Positions 18,443 through 30,000 of a stretch of DNA of 64,000 bases are shown piece after piece. Made by a program: the position numbers and the translations under genes. Below the pieces are notes generated by a model. It was not told the DNA's origin. It saw nothing but the letters and a program-made list of their open reading frames with translations, and ran no database searches. How positions within the stretch are numbered: the stretch's first letter is position 1; each line of letters begins with the position of its first letter. The stretch spans positions 1,984,001-2,048,000 of the forward strand of contig SMSO01000035.1 of the NCBI GenBank assembly GCA_004764695.1. The letters run 5' to 3'. Source of the DNA: Schizochytrium sp. TIO01. Its lineage: Eukaryota; Protista; Bigyra: Labyrinthulomycetes.

Positions 18443-21400
18443 TTATGCAGCTTCTGCCTCGGGATGGGGTTTAAGTAGGATAAAATTAATACGCGCAGTT
18501 GTATTTTCAGAGTAGTTGCGAAGTCCATATGATGTGTGCCTTGGAACCCAGAAATGATCTCCTGCAGAGAGCCTGTAGCGGTTTTCATCGACCTGAACAA
18601 CAACAGAGCCAGGTTGTGCTTCCGCGACGATGAAAATCTGTGTGAAGCCCAGAGCACTTTCCATGGGCTTTGAACACAGCGGCGGAAGGACGCAAATTCC
18701 AGAGATGAACCGGTCATCCTCAAATGCCGCCCCTGCTCGAGCACTTGCTGCGGCAACCGTTTTACCATCTGACGCATGGAAATCTGTGTTCAGGTCTGGT
18801 GGCATATCTTCAAGCTCAATATCCTCAGCTCCACGCACCAGGATAGACTCCACAGTCGTGTTACGATCAGGGTCAAAATGTTGCAGCGCTTCTTTGGAGG
18901 AGTTCAGGACCACATCTGGTGGCAGATCTAATAGTGAAGCGGATGGAGCATCGTTCACGTCATCAAACTGAAGCTTAGACTTAACTTTATCTCTTTTTGC
19001 TCTTTTGTTTGCGGTAAGCTCCTCCGAGGGAGAACGTTTTTGTTTCTTCCGTTTTGGAGGTGCAGGAGTCAAGAAAAGGTTTGGTTTCTCAGCACCTACA
19101 ACCTCATCGATGTAAATACCAAGACGAGCATCACGTTTGCGTTGCTGAATTAGTCGTTCGCCACGCCAATGTTCCAGCACACGCCATCGCTTTCGTCGTG
19201 AGCGTCGCATACCAGGTGTGCTGGGCTCCTTTGAAGGGTCAAACATAGGTTCTACAAGCCGCCGAGGCTGCTTTTCAGCTGTGCGATACACGTAGTCCTC
19301 GGTACTGTTTCTATCATCCCTGTCGCTCGCTTCTTCATCATCGTCTTCATCACTTTCTAATCGCCTGCTCTTACCAGGGGTTACAGCATCACGAAATGAG
19401 AATGAGACTGGGGTAGCTAGCGCGCCGGATCTAGTGGAGTGAGTCCCTGCACTTGTTGAAGAGGACGAAGAGCCACGATCTCGAGAGCGCGAAGTAGAGC
19501 TTGTTGCTCGAGTTTGTGGGGTCTCCTTTATTATAGTGCTCCTGCTACTACGGCTCCGATCCGACCGTTCTGTACGATCCGTTCGAGGGGATTCTCCTGA
19601 AGATGATACTGCAAGCGAATCTGGAGTTGATTTGGTTGAGGATCTTGAAAACAGACGGCTGCGTTCGCTTCGACGCGCAGGTGTTTGAGCGAGCTCACTG
19701 CTATCCTCGATGCCACTCTGAGACTCTTGGTCGTTCACACGGGCAGTAGCACTTTCAACTTCACTGCGCGCATCCCCTAGATATCCGTCATCACTTTCCT
19801 CACCGCCATTACCATCCAGCAAATGGAGAGAGGCAATATCATCATTCTGACCAAGAGATGCGTGGTCAGAATCTTCACTTTCCAGGTTTCTCTCGTTACT
19901 GGCTACCAATATGTCCTCTTGGTCCTCGGGGCGCAACGCTCGGCTTATTCGCGACCGTGTACTGCCTTGACTTTTATTGCTCACTGGCTCACGTGAAGAT
20001 TTGCTACTGATTGAGAGATTCGAAGATCGCTGGGTTCGTGATATTCTTGCTGATCGAGTTTTGTGCTCTACAACCTCTTCATTATCCATCGGAAGACTTG
20101 GCAACTCTTCTGGAGACTTTGTCTTTTGGACAGAGAATCGAACACTCTTTACAGATTGTGGTGCTTTCCTGCGCCGTGGTGATCGTTTCAATACACTCGG
20201 TGGCAGTCGGGGTGTTTCTTGCTTAACAATAGGAAGGCGATGGCGTGGTCGAGGAGGCGGTGACATTCTCGCTGTGGTGATGAGTTGGCGAATATCTAAC
20301 GTATCCTCATCATCCGTATTATCGCTATCCTGGTTAGCCCTAGCAAGCTCCTCTTTAACTTGAATCAACGACTCACTTTCTTGAGGACCTTCTTCTCCTG
20401 ATACACTTGAATTGGTCTGATCGTCACGTTCATCAAGCGAGCTACTATTTGCTGTTGATTGTTTTGGGCTCACAGTAAGGAGACGAATTGTGGATCCTTT
20501 ATTTGAGCCTTTTGGCTTGTCCTCTGAATTTATCAAGTCAGAACGCGAAATGTTCCCAAGAGTACCCCGGCTTTGCCTCATCATTTGAGGAGACGGGGAG
20601 GCCTCAATTTTAAGGTTTAGGTTCTGAGCGATACCCTCGCGTTCACCTTTTTGCTCTTCCTCCTCGTCAGAACGGTCGCTTTCCATTTGTCCCGCGAAGG
20701 AGAAGTCGTGATCGTCCTCCTCATTAGATTCTTCCTTATCATCGTTTATTTCCTCATCTTCGTCATCGTCATCCGCATTCGCATCTCCGAGCATGAGTTT
20801 AAACCGCCGACGACTCCCTCCTTTTGACTTCCGATCAGTGCTCCAAAATGCACCGACTGAATCAAGTCCAAGAGAGTCTTTTAGGGGCGATTTCCCTTGC
20901 TTTGACACATCTCTTGAAGAGGTCGACGAGGCTGACGAGGCTGACGCAGCTCTCGATTGTTTTTCGCGCCAAGCGCCCCTTCTCCGCGCATGCTGCGGCC
21001 GAACGTCTGGGGTTTCTTGCACCTCTGTCAGTTTAGCTCGGATTCCGATTGGAGTCTCCTTCGCCTCTATTTCATCATCGTCATCGTCTAGACCTCCGTC
21101 CAAAGTCCTCCTCTGTAGTTCCCGAGTTTCACGGCATCATGTTAAGAAAATAAGCATCCAAATAATCGTCAGTAGAGTTGTTCGAACCATTAAGCAAGAT
21201 GATGTTTGCATTGACATCTACGTTAGTGAACTGGGCGTATTCCCGGTAGAGGATGACGGCACTGACATTTGTTGGTGAGTTCAAACACGTCTTAGACTTC
21301 AGTATAGTTCCGCGATATCCTTCTACATATATACATATATACCATTGATGAACAAAATCATCGAATGGTTTCTCTGATCCAACATATAACGTACTCTCGC

Positions 21401-21505
21401 AGAGCGTCCTGCTGCACCTCTTGCTCTGGCGGCCCTCGCTTCGCTTCGGCGTCGTCGCTGCGTCGCTTGATCATCGTCATCGTCACCTCGCTGCATTTCC
21501 TCCAT
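18443..21505 (-). CDS. CENPC: Centromere protein C (CENP-C/Mif2), two exons: 21505-21395 and 21112-18443
   Basis: CENP-C motif PGMRRSRRKRWRVLEHWRGER followed by a C-terminal cupin (GICVLPPLCSKP...GDHFWVPRHTSYGLRN). The main frame is closed upstream by TGA and has no nearby ATG. A phase-0 intron (donor AGA|GTACGT at 21394, acceptor CTACAG| at 21113) joins it in frame to ATG 21505. The intron is inferred. Confidence 0.85.
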
Positions 21506-23880
21506 GCACGCTCGGCCAGAGCGGCCCCAGAGCGTCGGCAAGCGGGAGACTACAGCTTATTCAGTCCGTGTGAATCGTAACAGACTCTGCAGCCGGACTT
21601 CCCGTCCTGGTCGGAGCTCTTCTCCGCTTTGGACTTGACTAACTAAGCGAGGCGAGAGCGAGTTTCAAAGTACGCAAGAGTTTGAACGGAACATAACAGA
21701 ACAGAACACTTGGAAAAAGCAGACGCGGGAAAAAAATAAACAGCCTCTTTTCATTTACCTCGGGCAAGAAATAAATCTTCCAATGTTTGGGGATGTGATT
21801 GAGCTCTGCAGGGTCCAGAAAATTTGATTCTCGGGTTATACAGGAGCTTAATGGCACTCTCACCCTGGAGCTTTGCTATGGAGCGCTTCAAAACTGTACA
21901 TTTTATTTTTTACTTTTGATTGCTTCGATGAGTTTATTGAACTTATCCTCGTGGTGGTCTATTTTGATGGGTGATTGCTTGATCAGTCCTGGGTTTATGA
22001 AATCACACTGCATGATAGTATTTATGACAGTGTATAACTACTCCATGGCTTTATATGAAACGTCTGCTCTGTGCACGTTTATCTTCTTTACCAATGCAGC
22101 AGTAGACCCGAATCGATCAAGACAGAAAACCTAAGCATAAAACAAACATCAACCCTATCCTCTACACTAACTAAACTAGCTAAGCACAAAATCAAAGTCT
22201 CTCCTTCAATGACCTCTAAGCAAACATAACCACGTTTCATCATACTTGCTCGATATATCGGTGGATGTAGGATGCTTCGTAGCCTTTGGAAAACTTGGAA
22301 AGATACTATGAATTATGGCTCCCAGATAAAATTGCCGCCAAAGTATTTTTCTCTTATTAAACCTCAGCATGCTATCTCAAATAATAGTACAACCTGATAG
22401 TAGAAATACTGAGGATCCTTGTACTAAGATGCATTCTCCCGCTATGATAAAAGCAAACGACAATTGTTAGAACGATTGTCAATTGTGCAGACAATCATTC
22501 TTGGAGACAACGTTACAATGAAAGTTACCCTAAGCGAAATTATGTCAGATCAAGTTGCGCTCAAACTGTGCTAGTGGAGAGTAGGGCTGACAGTGCACAC
22601 CACTACAAGCAAGCAATCCAACCTTACATCAACTGTTCTGGCAGGGTTGGTGAGGCACTAGGAGCTCAAATCTAACCCAGGTCTATCATAATCGCCAACA
22701 TTCCGAGGCTGACCTCAACTAGAGCTTTGTAGCAGTCACCCTGAGGCGGAAGTATAAGACCTATTCCCAAAACGAAGTTCACGTGCGGCAAGTGATACAA
22801 AAGCTCGCATCAAGCCGTGCCAGAACCCTTATCCAATCGATTCTGGTGCAATTCGCATATTAGGGCATCCCACTAAAATGTACCATGAGTCAAAGCATTC
22901 ATCCCAGCAACATATTCGGGCTTTTCTCTTTCCCGGAAGCAAAGCAATTCATCTCCTGTGAGAGACGCCCGAATTCGGCAGCGTAAGGATGCTTTACATA
23001 TTCTCCTGTTATGCTTGCCCGAACTAGCGGTTCTGCGGCTAGTTCTTCGTCCCATGTCCAAATTCCTCAGCCTGCTGGTCAGGCTGACCACCCCAATCCT
23101 TCACGAAACTTTCTGCATTGTAGACAGCGTAGCCATCGCGACAATCTAGACATCTAGCATGACCAGGTGGTAAGGTTTTAGAGTCTGTGGTTATCTGTTT
23201 ACTCGGAACGTTGAATAATAAATTCCACTTTCCATATTGAGTCTGCTCGTCGTGCTACATGTTTCGATAATCCTTCTGTTGTTGATTCTGGAGATCCTGA
23301 TTATTTCTGGTTTTCGATTTTACTATCAAGCTGCCGCCACTTGCAGATGATGGATGGGTCATCTGTTATTGTGGATTCTTTATCCGGGGAATGAAGTCCC
23401 GGTGGCGGTGAATTTCTGCGGAGTCTTAATGTTCCACCATCGAGTCATAAGTCACTATTTCTGGTACTATTACTACTTGATAGGACCTACCTCCCTCAGC
23501 GACCTACCTTTTTAACTTCCTTTATCATATATTTCTAACTACTAAAGGATTATTTTACTTTAATTTTTTTAATTAAAAATGACTCGGATACTTAGTAACT
23601 TGATAGTGTGGTATATGCGGAATGATTTAATTTATTAAAAATGATAGAACATCACATCCCTCCAAGACTATAAAAACAATAAAAACAGGCGTAAGGTCCA
23701 ATAAACGAAAGAAAAAGAACTGTAAATATCCGAGTTTTCTGGACGCAAACCCGCAAGTAGACCTCAAAAGAGACCAGATTTACCACCACCAAGAGACATC
23801 TGAGCTCACGAACAGCAATCACAAGATTGGACTTTGGACAGTTTACTGCACAAGCAAAGGTTTGAGTAAAGGCCCTTAGG

Positions 23881-24447
23881 ATGGCCTCCGCACTGCCAAC
23901 ACCTGATGCTGAAGCTGGCCCTGCGCGGCTTTACCTGCCGGATATCTGGGCAGTCAAGAAGGAGCGGGACGACGACGACACTATGCCCAACCAACCTGGA
24001 GTGGCGCTCACTGCACACGTTGTGAGTCGTGTGGCGTCGTTGGGTGCTTTTGCTGGCATGGCCGGAGTTATTCGCGGCATGTTCAAGGGGTCTTTGCCGT
24101 TTGCCGTGCGGTCTGTGGCAGCAGGAACTACTTTGGGCGGGATTGCAGGCTTGGGAATGCTGCAATTTAAGGCTCTTACCAAAGATAACTTTGACGCTGA
24201 TGGAATTCGTGACAGAGCTTACCGTCTCGCGAACAACCCCACGCAATCAAGGTTTCAGGACAGAGCTCGCATGGTCGTACCAGGATTGGCGGTGGCCGCT
24301 GCTGTCACTCCCCTACCCGTGAGTGTCGTCACACGGGTTCTCTTTGGTACAGGTATTGGTCTAGACATTTGTTTTGCCATGATGGCTCAAGAAATGCGTG
24401 AGGCAAAAGCAAAGGCAGGAGAAACTACGCTCCGAACCATGGATTAA
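23881..24447 (+). CDS. Small Gly-rich membrane protein, DUF1757-like
   Basis: 188 aa with several Gly-rich hydrophobic segments and GIRDRAYRLANNPTQSRFQD, resembling the DRxYRL...Q...D signature I recall for DUF1757. Confidence 0.5.
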   Translation: MASALPTPDAEAGPARLYLPDIWAVKKERDDDDTMPNQPGVALTAHVVSRVASLGAFAGMAGVIRGMFKGSLPFAVRSVAAGTTLGGIAGLGMLQFKALTKDNFDADGIRDRAYRLANNPTQSRFQDRARMVVPGLAVAAAVTPLPVSVVTRVLFGTGIGLDICFAMMAQEMREAKAKAGETTLRTMD

Positions 24448-25023
24448 AGAATTAGCTCTTTGGCTAATTGGCTGAAGGAGTTTTAATCGCTGATCATATT
24501 TTCGATCATGAGGAGACGGAGTCGACTGTGAAACAAATGTACTACTTACACTGCGCGCTGAAGAGGGCGCATGAGAGACCACTGTGACTAACCTTCATGC
24601 ACCATGGCTATAGCTCAGAGGAAGAGGAGCTGTTATAGCTTTAATACAACGCGACTCAGGTCGCCATGTCAAGTCAATTTCGAACGTCTAATGAACGTAC
24701 GCAAACATCTTTTTTTATTAAAACAAAACAACTATAAGAAATAAATGCTTTGTCCTGTCATGTAGTTAATTCACAAACAACAATAGTATTTTCTGTACCT
24801 TTATTGTACTCCAACCACCGAGGCAAGGACTTGCGCAACCGCACAATACCATATTTCTCTATAGTAGAAAGTAGGTATAAAAGAATGCAATGGGAGAAAT
24901 TTAACTACATATCTTTAATTACGGAGGGGCTTAGCGCGGCAATTTAAATCGTGCACAATGTATGCAGGTTAACATGCATACATTGTACACACCAAGCGGA
25001 CTGACGGAAGAGAAAAATCATAT

Positions 25024-27072
25024 TTACTCCACGGTGACGCTCTTGGCAAGGTTGCGAGGCGTGTCGATTTCACAACCACGATAGTCAGCTATGTAGTAAG
25101 CCAACAGTTGCAGCGGAATGCAAGTAACCATGGACGAGAAGTGTTCATTCGTAACTGGGGTTTCAATGACAAATTCAGCAAGTTCATCAAGGTCGCGGTT
25201 GCCCTCGTCAGTAATGATAACGACAGACCCTTTACGAGCAACAACCTCTTGGACACCAGACTTAACCTTTTCATAAATCACATCTGACTTGGGGGCGATA
25301 AAGACAACAGGCATCATCTCATCAATCAGGGCAATCGGACCGTGCTTCATTTCAGCCGCAGCGTATCCTTCAGCATGGATATAAGAGATCTCCTTTAGCT
25401 TGAGAGCACCCTCGAGAGCCACCGGGAAGTTGTAACCACGGCCTAGGTATAAAAAGTTGTGCGCATACCTATAGGTTGAGGCCATGTTTTGGATTTTGGC
25501 CAAGTTTGCATCGTTAAGCATAGCCTGAATCTTATCAGGAATTTCGTAGAGCTCCAAGCCAAGTTTGTTTGCCTCTCCTTGAGTGAGTGCACCAGTCTGC
25601 ACTGCAAGGGCTAGTGTGAACATATTTAATGCCATGACCTGGCCCGAGAAAGCCTTGGTGGAGGCAACACCAATTTCCGGACCAATATGAAGGTAGATAC
25701 CAGCGTCCGTCTCACGAGCAATGCTAGACCCAACCACGTTGACAATACCAAGGCAAAGGCATCCATTCTTTTTAGCCACGCGAATGGCTTCTAAAGTATC
25801 CGCAGTTTCTCCCGACTGACTGATAACAATCACAACGTCATCCTTGAAGAGAACAGGGTTACGGTAGCGAAATTCAGAAGCATACTCAACTTCGACTGGG
25901 ATCTTAGCTAACGTCTCAATCAAGTATTCGCCTACCAAGGCAGCATGCCAAGATGTACCACAGCCGCAAATAATGATGCGACGAGCCTTCGCAATACGGT
26001 CTAACACTGAGATAAGGCCTCCAAGCTGAACCTTACCCGTGTGAGGGTCGAGGCGACCACGCATGCAATCACGAAGTACACGAGGCTGTTCCATGATCTC
26101 CTTGAGCATGAAGTGACGGTAGCCACCCTTTTCAATTGTTTGCAGGTTCATCTCGAGTTCGTGCATTTCACGGAAAACACGCGAGGAAATGGCTTTGTTA
26201 GACAAAGTCATCTGTTTCATAATACGCGAATCAAGTTTGGATGAAAACATTGGGCCCTCGTCCTCTGAGGAAAGCACGCTAGACTCTGCAGCATCACCAT
26301 TAGGGGACTCAACAAAGTCGCTTGCAGCCTCCACAAGCAGATTTTCACGCTTCATGCTCGCAACTGAAAAGTTGTACTTGTTCTCTCCGTTCTCTTTGGT
26401 GCGGAAGCAGCTCACAATATCCTCTTCTTCGAGGTAAACGACTTTGTCAGTGAGGCCGACAACAGCAGTAGCATCAGAAGCAAGCACAAGAGAGTCGCCA
26501 CTAACACCAAGGATCAAAGGGGAGCCACGGCGAGCTCCGACAAGAACATCGGGGCTTGATTCGTCGATTACGGCAATACCGTAAGCGCCTCGAACTTGAG
26601 TAAGAGCAAGACTGACAGCACCAGCAAGTGAGAGGTTGGGCTCCAGAGACTGCACATGACGAATGAGTGCCGCAAGGACTTCGGTATCTGTATCGGAGAT
26701 GAACTTGTAGCCCATAGCAGAAAGCTTCTTCTTCAGACTTGAGTGATTCTCAATGATGCCGTTGTGAACAATTGCCAGCTTGTGGTCCATCGAAGCGTGC
26801 GGGTGGGCATTCACAGTGTTAGGGGGGCCGTGGGTAGCCCAGCGGGTGTGGGCAATACCAATGCTTGCATTGTTCTTAAAGTTGCGTCCGGCAACAGCTT
26901 GTTTCAAGTTCATGACCTTACCTGCTTGCTTCTCAATCTCCAACTTATGCTCATCGTTGGTGATCACAGCAATACCAGCAGAATCATAGCCACGGTATTC
27001 CATACGCTCCAGGCCTTCAATAAGGACAGCAGTAGTCTCGCCATCGCCGATGTAAGCGATGATGCCGCACAT
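25024..27072 (-). CDS. glmS: Glutamine--fructose-6-phosphate amidotransferase (isomerizing), bacterial type
   Basis: N-terminal nucleophile MCGII, EYRGYDSAG, HTRWATHG, SQSGETADT, GPEIGVASTKAF, EGALKLKEISYIHAEG, and C-terminal PRNLAKSVTVE. Confidence 0.98.
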   Translation of the reverse strand: MCGIIAYIGDGETTAVLIEGLERMEYRGYDSAGIAVITNDEHKLEIEKQAGKVMNLKQAVAGRNFKNNASIGIAHTRWATHGPPNTVNAHPHASMDHKLAIVHNGIIENHSSLKKKLSAMGYKFISDTDTEVLAALIRHVQSLEPNLSLAGAVSLALTQVRGAYGIAVIDESSPDVLVGARRGSPLILGVSGDSLVLASDATAVVGLTDKVVYLEEEDIVSCFRTKENGENKYNFSVASMKRENLLVEAASDFVESPNGDAAESSVLSSEDEGPMFSSKLDSRIMKQMTLSNKAISSRVFREMHELEMNLQTIEKGGYRHFMLKEIMEQPRVLRDCMRGRLDPHTGKVQLGGLISVLDRIAKARRIIICGCGTSWHAALVGEYLIETLAKIPVEVEYASEFRYRNPVLFKDDVVIVISQSGETADTLEAIRVAKKNGCLCLGIVNVVGSSIARETDAGIYLHIGPEIGVASTKAFSGQVMALNMFTLALAVQTGALTQGEANKLGLELYEIPDKIQAMLNDANLAKIQNMASTYRYAHNFLYLGRGYNFPVALEGALKLKEISYIHAEGYAAAEMKHGPIALIDEMMPVVFIAPKSDVIYEKVKSGVQEVVARKGSVVIITDEGNRDLDELAEFVIETPVTNEHFSSMVTCIPLQLLAYYIADYRGCEIDTPRNLAKSVTVE

Positions 27073-30000
27073 GTTTACTTCTTCCTAAGACTTAACTTGA
27101 CTCCAGTTATCTCAATTTCACTTGTTCTCTGAAGCAGTCCTGCCTAATTGCGATTTGCTTGAAGCCACAGTCCTTGGCGAAGAAGAAGGAGGCTTTGAAG
27201 GCTGTTCAAGATTTAGCCTCGTGGACCTTGCCTTACAAAGTGCAACCAAGATGAAGATCCAAAGGGATATGTGTTTGACCCTTTGACTAAAGTGCCAGCT
27301 GGAAAGCCAACCTGGAAACCTTTGGTTCGCAAGTCACAAACCCACTAGCAAGTAACCTCTACTCCTCCCTGAGCTAGTCCACCACCGTTTCTGTCTCAAG
27401 TCGTGACCACAATGATTGTATCACCCCGAGTTTTGCTGTTTTCGCCCCTCCACTAAGCGAGTCTTCTTGTAGAGATGGTTTGCTTGCTTGTTTCTTTGGG
27501 CTACAAGAACCGAAGATGCCAGCGCTGCCAGCCTGGATGTCGCTTCTCTGACGCCAAAACCAAAGGCCTGCAGACCCACCACAAAATCTCTAACCGCCTT
27601 GCCACCCAGAGGTCCTTCAGGCAGGCCCAAATCCAGCTTTAACAACGCGAGAGTTTACCTCGGAGGCCAAACTCAAGTGGAGTGGCCTAAAGCTTGCCAC
27701 GAGTGACTTCTCAGCAACAACTCTTTTTCCTCGCTGGACTATTCATTCTTATCTACTCATCGCATAGATTGACCACATGCTATCAACTCCAAGATCCAGA
27801 CCTCTACTATCTTAGGTATCAGAAATACCCATATCAGATATCAGAAGTGTAAACAGTAGTTGTGGACTAGCCAATGTGAGATGGCTACAAGACTTAACGA
27901 AGATTATGGCAACTCGAGGGACGGGTCGCTATAGCCGACAATAGGGCGAGAATTAGAGGCATAATTTGGAGGTCTGGAGACGGTCAATTGCGAGGCATTT
28001 GGGGGGTTTGATGCGGATATAACTTTAAAGCACAGGGCGAAACAATTCAAGAGCATGAAAGATTAGTGAAGGCATTGGGTTTTACGGATATACGTTCGTG
28101 GCATACTTGCTCAAGATCTGTAATATATCCGGTGAAAACTTGAGGACTTGAGGACTGCGACACCTTAGGAGTATCATGATCATGATCATGATCCACTATT
28201 TGCTTTCGAGAAGTCATTTCTCAGGAGAAATAAAACAAAGGAAGATGTTCGAAGACAGGGGTAAAAAAAAATCTGCTGCATATGGACGGAAGGGAAATTG
28301 AGCTGATTTATAGGAGGGAGGACTACAGAAATTTGGTCATGTGATACTGTATAAATAGGTGTTTGCACAGACGAACAAGACGTTGTTGTTATAAAAATTA
28401 AAATGACATTAAACAGAGCGACAAATATGATTATCCTCTGGGGATAGTGAAGGTTTCTGAAATATAACCTCATCGGCGCAGAGAAATTAAATGGCGCATC
28501 GTTCTAAGCAAAATGTTTTCAGAGTGAGACAAAGATGCAAATGTGCATCATGGTTTAATTTGGCACACCGTTTAAGTAAATAATATTCATCACAAGCAAA
28601 TCTTAAGAAATTGCAACTACCAGAAGTTACATCTCCTTATCAGTAGGTCTAGCACCTTCTGAATGATCTGTTACGTGTATCTAATTCAACGTGAAGGCTA
28701 TGGCCCAACCTTGGACCCAAGAAGTCTAGGTGATACTATGAGAAATTGACTATTCATCGAAGTGGTGGCATCGTTATACTTACAATTGTGTCTTTTTTCC
28801 AAATGAGCCCAACAAAACTGGCACATATGTTTGATACCATCCATAATAACTGTCATGGTAGGCATTGCTGGCAAATCTTGAAAATCTATGTATCGTTCGT
28901 TTCATCAGGCAATGAAGTGGGCTATCAGAATCATTTGTTTGGGCCTTTTTGTGTAGATTCTTACTGAAGCCCAACAGGGAGGCAACAGACTCCATCGAGG
29001 TTTCCTAAGGTCGTTTTCTTGAGCCTTCTTCTAAATCATTTCTTTTTTTATAATCACGATCTTAGTACTAAACCAAGAAACCCAAACTAAATCACTCCGT
29101 GCTGTGAAAGTGACCTTAGACGACTTCTGCAAGTGGCTGTTAACGTAGGTCTCCCTCGTCATTGAACGAGTGGTTCCCAGACCTAAGATCGGCATCAGGG
29201 TGTCAACGGAGGAGTTCTGTTTGCGCTATCCTCATATCTGAATCCTGAAGCAACTCACCTGGGAGTCGGGCCCTAACTGCCACTGTAGAACGGCATCGCT
29301 AAGGAGCCTATAGAAGAAGCGCTCAGCAGCATGAAACGCCGAATCATTACTAGGCATTTCAGCCAGCCATCACACTGCGCAAAGGTGTCACCTCCAAAAT
29401 CATACAAGCTCTTTTGCTCAAATTCTTGTTTTCTGTTTCGCTCCATAGTAGTAATAAAAATATTAAAAAAACTAATTTACCTACCCTCTCTTTCGAACCT
29501 CCATTACTCTCTGCTGTGTGGAGGAAGCCTGATGCTCAGGCGGACCCAGGTGCTAGAATCATAAGTTGTCTGACGCGTGGTAGCTATTTTCCCATGCTGA
29601 GGCGTCGTTGAACTCGTCCTTTCCGAGACGTCTATAGGAGATAATGCAAAGCCAAACTCTATTGCTGCATGTGATTATATTTAGACTCTTGTGCGTTATA
29701 GCCTTGCAAAGTTGCTCCCCGACTACGCAAAAGCAAACTCGACTCTTCCTTGAAAAGCTCAATGGCCCCAGGAAACAAACGGACAATGAATGGTCTGACT
29801 ATCATGGAGAGTCCATTGCAGACTCGAGAGCTTCAAGTACAACGAAGATGCTTCGGTGAGCACTCCGCACCAATGAAACGCATAAATAGGGCCATACTAG
29901 CTACTATTAGTATTTTGTAGTACTTCCCGTGTTTGAAAGAAGCGCATAAAATATACTCGAATGACCCGCTAGTTTGCACAACATTTTCTTTCCTGCTTCC

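Noticed and set aside
27073-27700. glmS ribozyme upstream of the bacterial-type glmS
   Set aside because: I could not see the conserved ribozyme core. An Rfam covariance search would be needed to exclude it fully.
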